Source of the DNA: Fistulifera solaris
Lineage: Eukaryota
Length of the DNA: 64,000 bases
NCBI GenBank assembly: GCA_030295235.1
Contig: AP026140.1
Coordinates: forward strand, 744,001 to 808,000
Direction: 5' to 3'
The notes below the pieces were generated by a model, which did not search any database, was not told where the DNA came from, and saw only the letters and a program-made list of their open reading frames with translations. A program made the position numbers and the translations under genes. Positions 23,586 to 35,064 of the stretch are shown in pieces; position 1 is the stretch's first letter, and every line of letters starts with the position of its first letter.

Positions 23586-24447
23586 CGTAAACAAGGAGAA
23601 AGGAGAGAAAAGTTCACAAATCGGAATGCGAGGGAGATAAAACGAAACGACGTTTTCTTTTCTTTTTGTGTGCGAAACTGCATAACGCTTTGCACGAAAT
23701 TCCGACCCCTTTACTCTCCCTTCGAGAGTGTTGCTTACTGTAGGGAACTCCAGTGTAAAGCGTCAAAAGTGCCCTTATGTACGTAAGGCCATTGTACACA
23801 CTAGCCCATACAGAACAATCGTCCACACCCTCATTTAGCTCTGAATCCGTTCATAGTCAAAAAGACAGATCGGCCTAAACAGTATAGAACACGACCTCGG
23901 ACAGGCCAAAATACACGCACAACACGATTTCACTTGCGCAACTTCTCGCGAAATCCGACGATGTTGTGCTTTGACCGCCTCTGGAGGAAAAACATCCCTC
24001 CACCATGAGGACTTCGCAACAATCGGGTGAATAATTCACTCATTTATGTATTCTAGCATTAAAGGTGTATTAGCATGCATACGAGGCGTCCCCCATATTT
24101 TACCGACAAGTGACATAATCACTGTGGTCCGATGCATCCATCGACAGAGCCAGAACTGTCAATAAAGGAAAGCAACGGTGCTTCATAAGCGCTAATTACC
24201 TCACAAACCCAGCCATCTAATCAAGACATATGATTAACATGATGACTCCATGGGGTCGACCTATACATAAGGTCATGATCTCACATTTTCATGTGGACAA
24301 TTGTCGACTTCCGACAACGCCGAGATCATCTCCTTGACCACTCAAGCCCAACAGTTAGTAACACATACATAAGGAACATTACTCTTACGATATTACCATT
24401 GTTTTCCTGTGTATTTCATCGTTTCAGAGGGATTCATCGCGAAACCC

Positions 24448-24459
24448 CGGCTTTTAACC
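24448..24459 (-). promoter_or_regulatory. Putative primer-binding site GGTTAAAAGCCG, complementary to the tRNA-Lys(UUU) anticodon arm
   Basis: Directly abuts the 5' LTR. The plus strand reads CGG-CTTTTAA-CC, i.e. stem, 7-nt anticodon loop, stem, in the same register as the hemivirus PBS GGTTATGGGCCC. Confidence 0.7.
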
Positions 24460-24547
24460 CGAAATAAGGCAGTGGTGTAAAATTATGACTACAAGTGTTA
24501 CATCTACCACGGAGGCTTCCCCGTCTGTACTACACTCGGTTATTTCG
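24460..24547 (-). repeat. 5' LTR of element A (88 bp)
   Basis: Direct repeat of 17745-17831. Confidence 0.93.
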
Positions 24548-24639
24548 TGAGCGCGATCTGATTGGCTGTTGGTACGTCATAACGTTCCCATAACGTCTTT
24601 TGAAAACTACAAAAAAACGACGAATGAAGACGAATGAGC

Positions 24640-24666
24640 TGTCTGTCTGTCTGTCTGTCCGTCTGT
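24640..24666. repeat. (TGTC)n microsatellite
   Basis: tgtctgtctgtctgtctgtccgtctgt. Confidence 0.85.
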
Positions 24667-24884
24667 TAGCGCCCTTCGAATGAGTAAAACTCGAAACCCT
24701 CGTGAAAATAAAGTGCGGCGGAGATCCTTATTTTTGGCGCGAAGATGAAGATCTTTCAAATTTTTTTTTTTTTTTTGAAAGCATCCGTCCTTGAATTATT
24801 GGATAAGAATTGACCACAATGAACTAAAAACCCCGCGATCGGTTCGTATTTTTCTTCTGTGAGTTGTCTCGGCGTCAATATTCG

Positions 24885-26111
24885 ATGATGAGCAGCAGCC
24901 ATAAGCGAGCACGCACGCTCGACGAAGATAGTGATGATTCTTCGTCGTCCGCGGACTATTATTACGCCGTTCTTAGCGGAACCGAAACGGGCATCTTGTC
25001 GAGTTGGTTTCGTGTCATGGAATGGACGGGACATGGATTCACTTCCTATCAAAAGAGAGACTCGCCGTTGGAAGATTTGCGACTGGAAATTCGACAACTC
25101 ACTCGACAACTGATCGAAGTCAAACGGAGGATGGTCGGTGATCACTACAAGGAAGCTCGACGAGCCAGTAATCCGTACGAATTTTTGGGAGAAGGTCAGA
25201 ACGGAGGACTCAATTCGCTGTTCATGAATCGTTCCGCGATCAAATTGGCGAATTTGGACGCATTGCTCGATTGGCAACTCACTACGCAACCAAATTTTGG
25301 ACCCTTTCGGTTTGTCGATTTGTGTGGAGCACCCGGAGGTTTCTCGGAATATCTCATGCGTCGATGTGTCAATTTGGGTGTACACGAATGTCAGGGATTT
25401 GGTATGTCGTTGTTGGGTGTCAATGAATATGGTGCGGGCGTGGCTTGGAAAATCGATGACTTTTGTTATTATCAACAACGAACCAAATTAGAGTTTCAGG
25501 TATGCTGGAATGGAAACGGCGATATTTTGGACTGGAACAATGTGCAGGAACTCATTGCGATGGTTACAAAAGACTCGGAAACGTCGAAAGTGCAGTTGGT
25601 GGTAGCCGATGGAGGCTTTGATGCGCAACGGAATGCGGAAGATCAAGAAGGCATGACACAAAAGCTCATTGTGTGTGAAGTAGCGGCTGCTTTGGAGCTT
25701 TTGGACGTCGGAGGCACATTAGTGCTCAAACTCTTTGGCTTTCAGACACCCGTCGTGCAATGTGTGATGCGGTATCTCTATGCATCGTTCGAGCGCATGG
25801 TGGCGTTAAAACCGATCAGTTCACGGCCCGCGTCGGCGGAGCGATATGTCATCTGCTTCAATTTTCGAGGAAATGCTTCCAATTTTGATGGTCAGCGCTG
25901 GAAGAATCAAATGTTTCTCGGTCAGTTTGTTGCAGACGTGCCGACGGAAGAACTGGAGTCGTACCTTTGTGAGTTTGATCGAAATATGCTTGTGCTGAAT
26001 CTCAAAGCCTGTCATACAATGTTGTCGTACGTGAAGAGCGAGGAGTCGTGGGATATCCCAGAGCTTTCGGTCGATGCCGATGATTACCGATTGTGCTGGA
26101 GGCTCATGTGA
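24885..26111 (+). CDS. Cap-specific mRNA 2'-O-methyltransferase (CMTR1-like FtsJ/RrmJ domain)
   Basis: NPYE, FMNRSAIKLANLD, FVDLCGAPGGFSEY, LVVADGG, VLKLF and KPISSRPASAERYVIC; the K-D-K-E tetrad is present. Confidence 0.9.
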   Translation: MMSSSHKRARTLDEDSDDSSSSADYYYAVLSGTETGILSSWFRVMEWTGHGFTSYQKRDSPLEDLRLEIRQLTRQLIEVKRRMVGDHYKEARRASNPYEFLGEGQNGGLNSLFMNRSAIKLANLDALLDWQLTTQPNFGPFRFVDLCGAPGGFSEYLMRRCVNLGVHECQGFGMSLLGVNEYGAGVAWKIDDFCYYQQRTKLEFQVCWNGNGDILDWNNVQELIAMVTKDSETSKVQLVVADGGFDAQRNAEDQEGMTQKLIVCEVAAALELLDVGGTLVLKLFGFQTPVVQCVMRYLYASFERMVALKPISSRPASAERYVICFNFRGNASNFDGQRWKNQMFLGQFVADVPTEELESYLCEFDRNMLVLNLKACHTMLSYVKSEESWDIPELSVDADDYRLCWRLM

Positions 26112-26720
26112 CAGCCATGCCGAAAACTAGATTGTAGATTTGTCTAAGTGGACCTTACTGCGACGATTTGCCACGATCTTGTTTCATTCAAAGCTGAATA
26201 CCCCAAAGAGTAACGTGATATGGTGGAAAAGATGAAACTCTCTTGTTGCGAACAAATCAAAATAAACCAGATGGTGGACGGCTTTTTCATCAACACATTC
26301 ACGGCAATTGTTCTCTACGACAACCCATTGCAGGAAGAAAGGAGAAGATTGGAAATTTGTTGAAAGCGAGCAGGTAAAATGAGCCATACATTGATTATAA
26401 TTGCTTTTAGTCGGTAACTAAAAAAATATAGTTGGACACCTGCGAGGTCACAGGTGATAGCAAGCAATATATCACTGCTTTCTAGGCAAATTCAAAACTT
26501 CCACTTTGATGGGCAGATAGATCATCAACGTCTTAGCTAATTGCTTAATTTGCATCATGAAACGGCGGCTGTTTAGTAGGTCTGCGTTCTCTTGTTGCTT
26601 TGTTCGCGTTGCGAGACGACTACGTACTAGATCTGCATTATGCAATCTAAGCAAAGAATTGACGAAAGCTATTTAGGTACCAGTATCGCCATTTTTCCTC
26701 TGAATTTATGATTGTGTTAT

Positions 26721-28371
26721 TCAGTGTTGCAAATCATGATCCTCTAAAGGGAAAGAAAAATTGATAAATTGACACAAAACATCCGTCTGATCCGACAACA
26801 ACATTGAAGTGAGTTGAAAGTTTTCTGACGCGCTTTCAGTCAGTGCGGTCGCCACTAGCGAGAGTCTCTCGGACGTCGACTCGGCTAGTAGCCTTGCGGA
26901 TCCATTGTAGATATGATTCAGCAAATAAAGGTGTTCGATATTTTTGTTTGAACACCTTTTACCTGACCTTTCAAGTACAGTGATATTTCGGTTGCTTTTG
27001 AGCAACTGCTCCAGCCAGGAATATTGTGGATGGCGTAGTTTTGACTCATCATCGTCATCACAATCTCCCCATTCGTAGCACTGAACAGTGAAAGTACGAA
27101 GTCCTTTGTGCTTTTCCACAGCTTTGAACATCTCCTTCAAATGAGGGCCCCAATCCAAAAACCAATAGGACCCACTTATATCCAAATGCGTCAAATTGGG
27201 ATTCGCATTGATAACACGGATCAATGCTTCCGCAAGAGGTTGTACAAACTCGTATAAGTACAGCGTGCCACTCTCAACGATAAAGTATTCGTCCACTGAA
27301 AAACCAAACCCTTCGAAATGGCCCAACTCGGCCACTCGGTTCAAAAAAAGCGATGCAAACGTCTTCCCAAATGTCATTTTCATCGTGGAAAAATTTCAAA
27401 GTGAGATCCCTAGTCGCAATATTGAGAGATTCAAAATCTTCGGGTCTCATGTACTTCACGTCGACTTGGTAGTCCAAGGCCTTCACGTGGGCGGAGAATG
27501 GAAGAAGGACTGAAATACTGTCCAGGGGACTGAACGCGAGCTTGTCAAATTTCTCCGCAGTATTCAAAATTCGATGCAGGTTGGCGCGGCTGATGGGCAT
27601 CTTATCAGTATTGCAAAGGAGGTTAATGTGATCGTCCATCTCAGCTGCAATAGAAAGCGAACCGAAGGATAATTTTCGTTTTACCAAGGCATTAACAAAT
27701 GCCGTGCCCTCATCATCAAAAATGAAACCGCTCGTCCTTTGAGAAAAAGTCAGCCTTAGATCCAAAGGATACGGTCGTGTTGCTAGAATGAGGGAATGAT
27801 TAGTATTCCAGCACCCTGTCTGTAATTCAAAACACCATCCCGGGTTTGTATCCAGTATACAAACCAGTTGCTCTTCTTGGAGTGCCGCAAAGTCAAAACA
27901 AAATTCTTTGCGATGCGCGACGATTCTCGATCTTTCCTCATGGGCAAAAAGTTTTAAGCGGGCCTTCCCTTCTCCTCCGCTAATAATGGAACAGAAAAAG
28001 ACCATTGTTTCTGCAATCGCGGAATCCGTTTTACCATAAATTGCAAATTCCCCACGAGGTTTACCATCTCGGTAGATATTGATACACACGTGTTTGTCCT
28101 CGTATTGAGCGTAAAGATTGTTGCATACGGTAAGGAGAGTTCCGTTATCACGCCAAATGGCGATTCTCAGAGAATCCTCCAAAGGAAAGTCGTTTAGATG
28201 GCGGGGTTCTCGGCGCAACTTGTACATTGGTAGGAAGGGGCCACTGAACCGTTCCCTGGTAGCTGGTTGAAATGCTTTTTGCTCGACTGACATTCGTTCA
28301 TTGGGAATCAATTCCAAAATGTCTTGCTTTCTACCCTCGAAAAGGGGGTCTTGTGCCATGGGCTGCTCCAT
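26721..28371 (-). CDS. Lineage-specific multigene family protein (degenerate RNI/LRR-like C-terminal half), copy 1; frameshift in the A-run near 27345
   Basis: Shares blocks LELIP, IWRDNGT, IYGKTDSAIAET, FDFAALQ, LATRPYPL, GTAFV, NPNLTHLDIS and YSWLEQLL with copies 2 and 3. Confidence 0.75.
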
Positions 28372-29000
28372 TATAACTTTATTTTGAAGAGGCAGTTGAC
28401 GATTTGAAATAATAAACCGGAATCTGCAACGGATGGTTTGTAACAAAATGCTGGGAAACTGGAAACGAATAAGAAAATCATCATATCGATCGACGGCAAA
28501 ACATTCCAGTACCGGTGCGCTTTGCCGCAGGATCCTTTAGAAAAGAACTAAGGGCATGGTGCTAAAATCATACTCCGAAAGACTTTATAATATCTTACAT
28601 AATCGATAAAAGTGCGACATTTTCGATTCTTGCACTATAGTGATGCAACGAGTATCCATCGGCTGAATGGTCTGTCACTTAATTCAACTACTCCACAATC
28701 CACACGGGTATGCCATGGTTTTCATTTAAAGTGCAGTGATGGAAGCATCGAGGTCGATTTTAAGAGTAAGCCCTTATCCTGGGCCGAATCTGTGCTTTGG
28801 CAGGTTTAAATCTCAAAAGGTTACAATATTTGGTCTTTCATCGAGAAAGGATCATGAATCATGAATCATGAAGCACTCCGGAGCTCTCGGTTGATAATCA
28901 TGATGATCGACTGTAACCAACATTATTTGCCCCTCAAACTCTTGCTGAATTATATGACACGAGGAATATTGCAATTTGCATAAGAACCCAGCCACAGTCG

Positions 29001-30135
29001 CTAAACTTTGTATTGCTCTTTTGAAACTGTTCCATTCCGTTTCGCGTGTTGCTGCAACTGCTGCATGGTTCCTTGGATGACTAGAAGACAATAGCTATCC
29101 ATGTCGAGTGCATTTCTTCGCACGGAAGAAAATGGATACTCGGCATCCATCGACGCCGCCTCAATGCCCAGCCACGCAAATGATGTAACAGCGACAAATG
29201 GAATGGTGGCCCAACCCCAAGATGGTCCCCAAGCATATGGAATCATGAGCAAGGACAAAAGAAGAAAAAGTTCGTAGATGAGACACGTAAACAATCGGGA
29301 GAGGCGTAGCTTTGATTCGCTCCATAGCACCACAACATAACATCAGTTCATCAATCATCGTTTCCATCTTGTTCAAATGTTGTGTTTTACGATTCGCCAT
29401 AACAATAGGAGTGTCGGCATCAATTTCAAACACTTGTGCGAGAAAATGGCGGGCTTGGTCCGCCGCATACATGGGCGGATGATCGACCCCCACCATTTCC
29501 TTAAATTGACGTTCGCACAGCACACCCGCGAAGTTTTCCTTCGGTGGCACCTTGACATCCCGCAGTCGTTCCATAGTCGCAATCACAAACGTCAGAATCC
29601 ATTGAATAGTACGATCACGAGCGTCTTGATGATGTTCAGCGTGGGTGACAAGACCCGAAACCAGGTTTCTCGTAATCGCAATGATTTGACCCCATTTGAT
29701 TCTCGACGTCCACCATCGATCGGCCGCTCGATTCAAACGAAACACCAGTAACAGCGATAACGTCGTACTCAACACAAGAGGAAAGAAGACTTCCCAGACT
29801 TCCACTTCGTGCCGCGCGAGATCCATCACGAGCTCGTGCACGATACAATAGCCGACGGCGTGCAACACGGAAAGGAAAAATGGACTTGCAATCAAATCGA
29901 GAGAGCGTCCTTCCCAAATGAACAAGGTCCGCCACCAGCCATCACGACTTTTGGGATATTCAATTTGGAAGTGACCTTCCCGTCTGAACGTATCAATTAA
30001 AGTCTGATAGCTGAGTGTAATCGTTTGTAATAAATCACGGCTCGTCTGTTGAGACTCCTCATCTTCGTGCGAAGAAACGGTCGGTAACTTTTTAGTGTCC
30101 TGCATTTTCGAAGCCTCCGTTTCGCGAGAATACAT
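29001..30135 (-). CDS. Bestrophin-like anion channel, paralog 3; frameshift near 29260
   Basis: LSLLLVFRLNRAADRWWTSRIKWG, ERIKATPLPIVYVSHLRTF, LGIEAASMDAEYPF and NALDMDSYC. Confidence 0.88.
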
Positions 30136-30483
30136 GTTTCAATCAAAGTCTTGCCTTGTGAGAGACAGTGTGATATTTGTTCGAACAGAGGATCATCATC
30201 ATCATCGCCTCGAAAGAAATGAAAAGAAGAGGAATGAAATAGAAACGCAGCGCGGTGCGAAAAATGATGCAGTCCCATTTCCACGCGATTTGCCTTCAAT
30301 TCCGACTAGGGACAACGGTCGACGTATAGACGGATCATTTATGTTATAGTGAAGACATAGAAGTGACTACATAAGCCTGCAATGTTTTTAACAGCTTTCT
30401 TTGCTGAACTGTGAAGCCTACGTCCACTGGATTGACGTTTTCATCGAACACAAAAGCTACAAAAAGAGACATTTATTTGTATA

Positions 30484-32300
30484 TTAAGAATCGTGGCGAG
30501 CCGCTTTGTGGGCAGCACGTGACGGCTCAGTGCTTGCCCTACGTTTCGACGAACTACCAGTTTGAGAACAGCTTGAAGAAGTAGAAGCAACCGACACGGC
30601 ATCTTTCAAGTCGTCAACTTCCGAGACTGATTGCGGAGCATCAAGCATGTCGAGATTTAAATTCTGGACAAGCTCGCATAATATGTCCGTGTGGTTTAGT
30701 AGAACCAATGCACATGGCCGAAACCTTTCTGAAGCACTTTCAGCCAAAGTTGTCGCCACCAGTGATAGTCGTAATGTCGGGGGTTCATTCAACAGATTTG
30801 CCGATCCGTGGTAAAAGAAATTCTCTTCGTAGAGCTTGCTGATGCTGCTTCCGTTTGAATACCGCCTCCCTCCTACGCTGTTCAACACGATGATGCTGCG
30901 GTTGCAGGAAAGCAACCGTTCCAGCCAAGAATAGTGAGGACAGCGAGTTTTCTTTCATCGTCATCTGAATTGCCCTCACTAGATTCGCTGTCCGAATACT
31001 CATCTTCGCTAAGGTTAGCCCAATCCCAAGCGTCCACAATGAAGGTACGCAAGCTCTTATGCTCCTCCATGGCCTCAAAACAACCCTTTAAGTTGGGCCC
31101 CCAATTTAAAGATGGAAGTGTGTTGCTGACGTCCAAATACGTCAAATTCGGATTACCCTTTATCACACCGACTAGTGCTTCTGCAACAGGTACTGTGGAT
31201 TCAAATTCCATTAGTTCGCTGCCATCATACTCTGGCATCCGGCACTCGTAGTCGGTGATTGAAATAGTGAGTCTCTCGAAATGGCCCACTTTGGCTATGC
31301 AGTTCAACGCAGCAATTGGATAATTCCAGTTAAAACTGCCGTCCAACAGTATCGTCAACTTAAGACCCTTGGTAACGATATCGACGGAAGAAAAGTCCCT
31401 GGGGTTGATATATTTTACGTCCACTTGGTACTCGAGTGACTTCACCCTGGCTGAGAAGGGAAAAAGCACAGTCCCATTGTCAAAGGGACGGATTGTGAGC
31501 TTATCAAAAACATCAGAGAGCTCCAAAAGGCGATGGAGATTTGAGCGGCTAATAGGCATCTTATCGGTATTCACATAATTTTCATAATTGTAGTCGTCCT
31601 TATCATCATCTATCTCGGCTGAAATGCATAAAGATCCGAAGAGAGCTTGCCGTTTCCCCAGCGTATCTACGAATGCAGTCCCACGGTCGACGAAGTCGAA
31701 ATCGTCAGCTTTCTCGGAATAGGAAAAATTCAATTTTAGAGGATAGGGTCTATTTGCGAGAACAATTGACTGTTCTATACCCCAGTTTCCCGTGTGAAGG
31801 TCGAAACACCGTGTCGGATTAGAATTCAAAACACTAGCAAGCTGCTCCGGTTGAAGGGCTGCAAAGTCAAATCGACATTGTTTACCGCTCCCGATTTCAT
31901 CTGTGTCCTCCTTCGTACTATAAACCGAAAGACCGGTGTCACTTGTTTCTGACTGTTTCAGAGACCAAAAGAAGGTCGCAGTCTCTGCGATTGCAGCGTC
32001 GGTTTTGCCATAAATCGTGAAACACCGACTAAAAGATCCAACGCCAACCTCAAAGTGAACATGTTTATCCAGATAAAGTGCGCGAGTCCTATCCATACAA
32101 ACCATGGTTCCATTTTCTCGCCATAAGGCAATATGATGGTAATCTTTGTTGTCAAAATCGTCGATACGGCGGGGCTCTCGTAAAAATCGGTACACCGGTA
32201 CATTGTAGTTCGGATTGACCTGTTGGAATGCCTGTTGCTCTACCGACAGCTGTTCTTGCGGAATCAGTTCCAGCAAGTCATCCTTCTTTTCTTTGTTCAT
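30484..32300 (-). CDS. Lineage-specific multigene family protein, copy 2; frameshift near 30945
   Basis: DDLLELIP, LWRENGT, IYGKTDAAIAETATFFWSL, NPNLTYLDVS and LVATTLAESAS. Confidence 0.75.
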
Positions 32301-32666
32301 TTTATTTACGTAAAAACGAAGAGTTGAGTGAGAAGAAGAACAAGTCAACGCGGTTCTTTATTGTTTGCGCCGTATTTTGCATTTTGAAAAAGTACTCTTA
32401 GAGAGTGGTATTTTCCTGACAATTTCAGTTTATTCCAAATTGTACTTATCAGGTCGTACCGGTACTAACAACATTCAGTCACGAGTCTTGCATATCGTGC
32501 GAATGACGAAAGTTGATGCGGTATTTGAAAAGATACTTCCTCAACGAGCCGAAGCTACGCGACACCACAACGTGCCTTGTGTCTTCCCTCTTCGCTCCTT
32601 GTTTAGCAAGTGGATTCTCACTCGATTGCGTTGCTTTAGAATTAATTCACCGGTAATAACACGACC

Positions 32667-33384
32667 ATGAAGTCCTTTTCTGCCCTTGTTGTTGCAGCCA
32701 TGGCCGCTTCGGCCTCGGCTTTCGCTCCCACTGCCACGAAGAGCACCAGCACCGCGTTGAAAGCCGAAGAACGCCTCTGGAACAGCATGGTCGACAAAAC
32801 CCAGCGCTCCAAGGCCGTTCCTTACTTGCCCCGCCCGATCAACTTGGACGGAACTCTTCCTGGTGACCAAGGCTTCGATCCTTTCTACCTTTCCTCAATC
32901 CCCAAGAACTTTGCTGGATTCATTCAACCGCCTTCGTGGGGAGGGAAACCAAGGGCATCCCGACTCTGTACTGGATGCGCGAAGCCGAAGCCAAGCACGG
33001 ACGTATGGCAATGCTTGCCGTCGTCGGATGGATCGTCGCTGACAGCATCCGCTTGCCTTTCTCTCAATTTTCATTCGACGCCATCCCCAACTCCTACAAT
33101 GCTCACAACATCCTTGTGGAGCAAGGAACCATGGTGGTGTTCTTGCACGCTCTAGGACTCGTCGAAGTGTGCAACGGAGCCGCCCTTGTTCAAGTTTCCA
33201 GGGAGAGAGCGACCGTGAGGCCGCTGACTTTGGATTTGACGGTGGATACTTGAAGGGCAAGACAGAAGCTCAAATCTTCAAGCTCAAGACACAGGAGATC
33301 AACAATGGTCGTCTTGCCATGTTGGCGTTCGGAGGCATTGCCACCCAGACTGCTTTGGGACACCCAGACTTTCCCTACTTTTAA
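32667..33384 (+). CDS. Light-harvesting fucoxanthin-chlorophyll protein, Lhcr-like; two apparent frameshifts
   Basis: Perfect ASAFAP presequence; LDGTLPGDQGFDP, WMREAEAKHGRMAMLA, DFGFD and QEINNGRLAMLAFGG. Confidence 0.93.
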
Positions 33385-34045
33385 GCAAAAAGATTTTCAC
33401 GTCGAAATGCTTTGCAAGACGATGCCCTCTCTATCTCGATATTCATCGACAATTACATAGATTGATTTCTAGCTAGATGGTGTTTAGTCTCTCGAACCGT
33501 TTTGAGTGCAGCATAAACTATAGCTAGCTGTTTCAACACTATAAATTCCATCTTGTGCGACTTGTTCTAGTGTGCGTTACAGCCGGCACTCGGCTAGAAA
33601 AGGATGAGCCAAAAGGTACAAGAAGGTAACCGTTTCTGCATCGAGTGTGCAGTTGTGGCCGATGACCATTCCTTTCGACAGCATTCGACCTCGAATTGAC
33701 CTTGACAGATCCAAGAAATATATTCAGTGCTGACTCTTTTACCACTTCGATTGATCGTATATGCATCATTACTATTAGATTGCTTCTTGCTAGTTCACCG
33801 TCCGTGCCCCATGCACCCTAACCGTTAGCAACTGCGGTGCGACGCACAGACCGTCTAGACGTAACCCGGAAGTTGACCCGATCTTTTGAAGTGCGATCCT
33901 TTTCCACCGTACATTCTACCACTATAGTTTCGCCGAGGGCAAATGTTGAAAAAGCGAGATCGCAGCGCTGCCACGACACGCACGCACTTCCTCGTCAAAT
34001 CAAACGCTCCATCGACCTCAAAAGTCCAAAATACCTGTAGCAACC

Positions 34046-34611
34046 ATGAAGACCTTCCAAATCACCACCCTCTTCGCCCTTTTGGCTAGTGCCATGGCTT
34101 TCGCCCCCAGGTATCGCAGGGTGAGTAGATCAATTCGCTGGAGAGCAGGACTGGTGGCTGTTGCAAGCAGTACAGCAATTGCTGCGTGGCGGGGCTGGCT
34201 CATTGCGAAGTGTTTCCATATGTGATATACATGCGATTAGTGGATCAGTCATTTATGTTTAAGAATCTTGATTGTTTTCGCTCCAAGAATCAAAGCTTCG
34301 GGCGATTCATTGTTTTTCTTGTTACTCGGTATCTGATTACGTCATCTTTCTCACTCTAATTGCGTTCCTGATTTGCAGTTGCCAAGGCCGCCACTGCCGC
34401 TGTTCCGGTTGCGGCCCTCTCGGCTCCCGCCTTCGCCTTGGACTCGATTGTTGCCAACATGCCCACAAACACTGTTGCCCTTGAGGTTCAGTTCGGCGCA
34501 TACATGGCCGTGGCTTTGGGAACCCTCCTTCCATGCCTCTTCCTTATTAACCTCTTCATCCAGACTGAATCTCGCAAAGCTGGACGTCAAGGCGGTATCG
34601 ATGCCGAGTAA
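34046..34611 (+). CDS. psbM: Photosystem II subunit M, nuclear-encoded precursor; intron 34121-34378
   Basis: Not in the ORF track. Exon 1 MKTFQITTLFALLASAMA-FAP; exon 2 AKAATAAVPVAALSAPAFA-LDS..LEVQFGAYMAVALGTLLPCLFLINLFIQTESRK. Joining needs one extra C in the C-run near 34105. Confidence 0.9.
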
Positions 34612-35064
34612 AGTTGAAACATTGAGCCTAAGCTGATATAGACTTGAAATTTATTTGGCTAAAACCAGGGTCTCTCTGGCATCTGTTGCGTGTAATGTAG
34701 ATGGAGAGTTGACTTCTTCTCTTGAATTTTGCTTATCTAGTTGCTTTAGCTCTACCCTAGCGTGAACATTGACAAGAAAACTGACGATTCTTCGACTTGG
34801 TTTGTACCAGGTATGATCGATTCAAACCAAGATTCAAACCAAGACGACTTGCTGTGCGGGCGAAAAGGTACGGTACCATACCAGCCGCTCTATATTAAAA
34901 GCCGTGTTCACGTCATAGCGTCACACAACAATACGGCAAAAATGACACACTTCACGAATAAAAATGCTGCAAATTTTTCATTTTGTTGTTGCGCGTCGAC
35001 ATTATTTTACTTTCCGACGCTCGAGAATAATATAAAGACAATACGTATCCCCCGCGATGATCGA

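Larger units (their letters stand above)
17745..24547 (-). mobile_element. Full-length Ty1/Copia (CoDi-like) LTR retrotransposon A, about 6.8 kb, 4-bp TSD TGAG
   Basis: Terminal direct repeats 17745-17831 and 24460-24547; TGAG at 17741-17744 and 24548-24551; gag, PR (ELDSHCDT), IN, RT (YTDDIL) and RNaseH fragments in Copia order. Confidence 0.95.

Noticed and set aside
24430..24500. Possible tRNA-Lys gene around CGGCTTTTAACC
   Set aside because: Only the anticodon arm is present, with no D arm, TTCGA T-loop or acceptor stem; better explained as a PBS.
24756..25478. 240-aa minus-strand ORF
   Set aside because: Antisense shadow of the CMTR1-like gene, ending in a T homopolymer.
34121..34378. 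Intronic snoRNA in the long psbM intron
   Set aside because: No convincing C box (RTGATGA) with terminal stem, and no H/ACA architecture seen.
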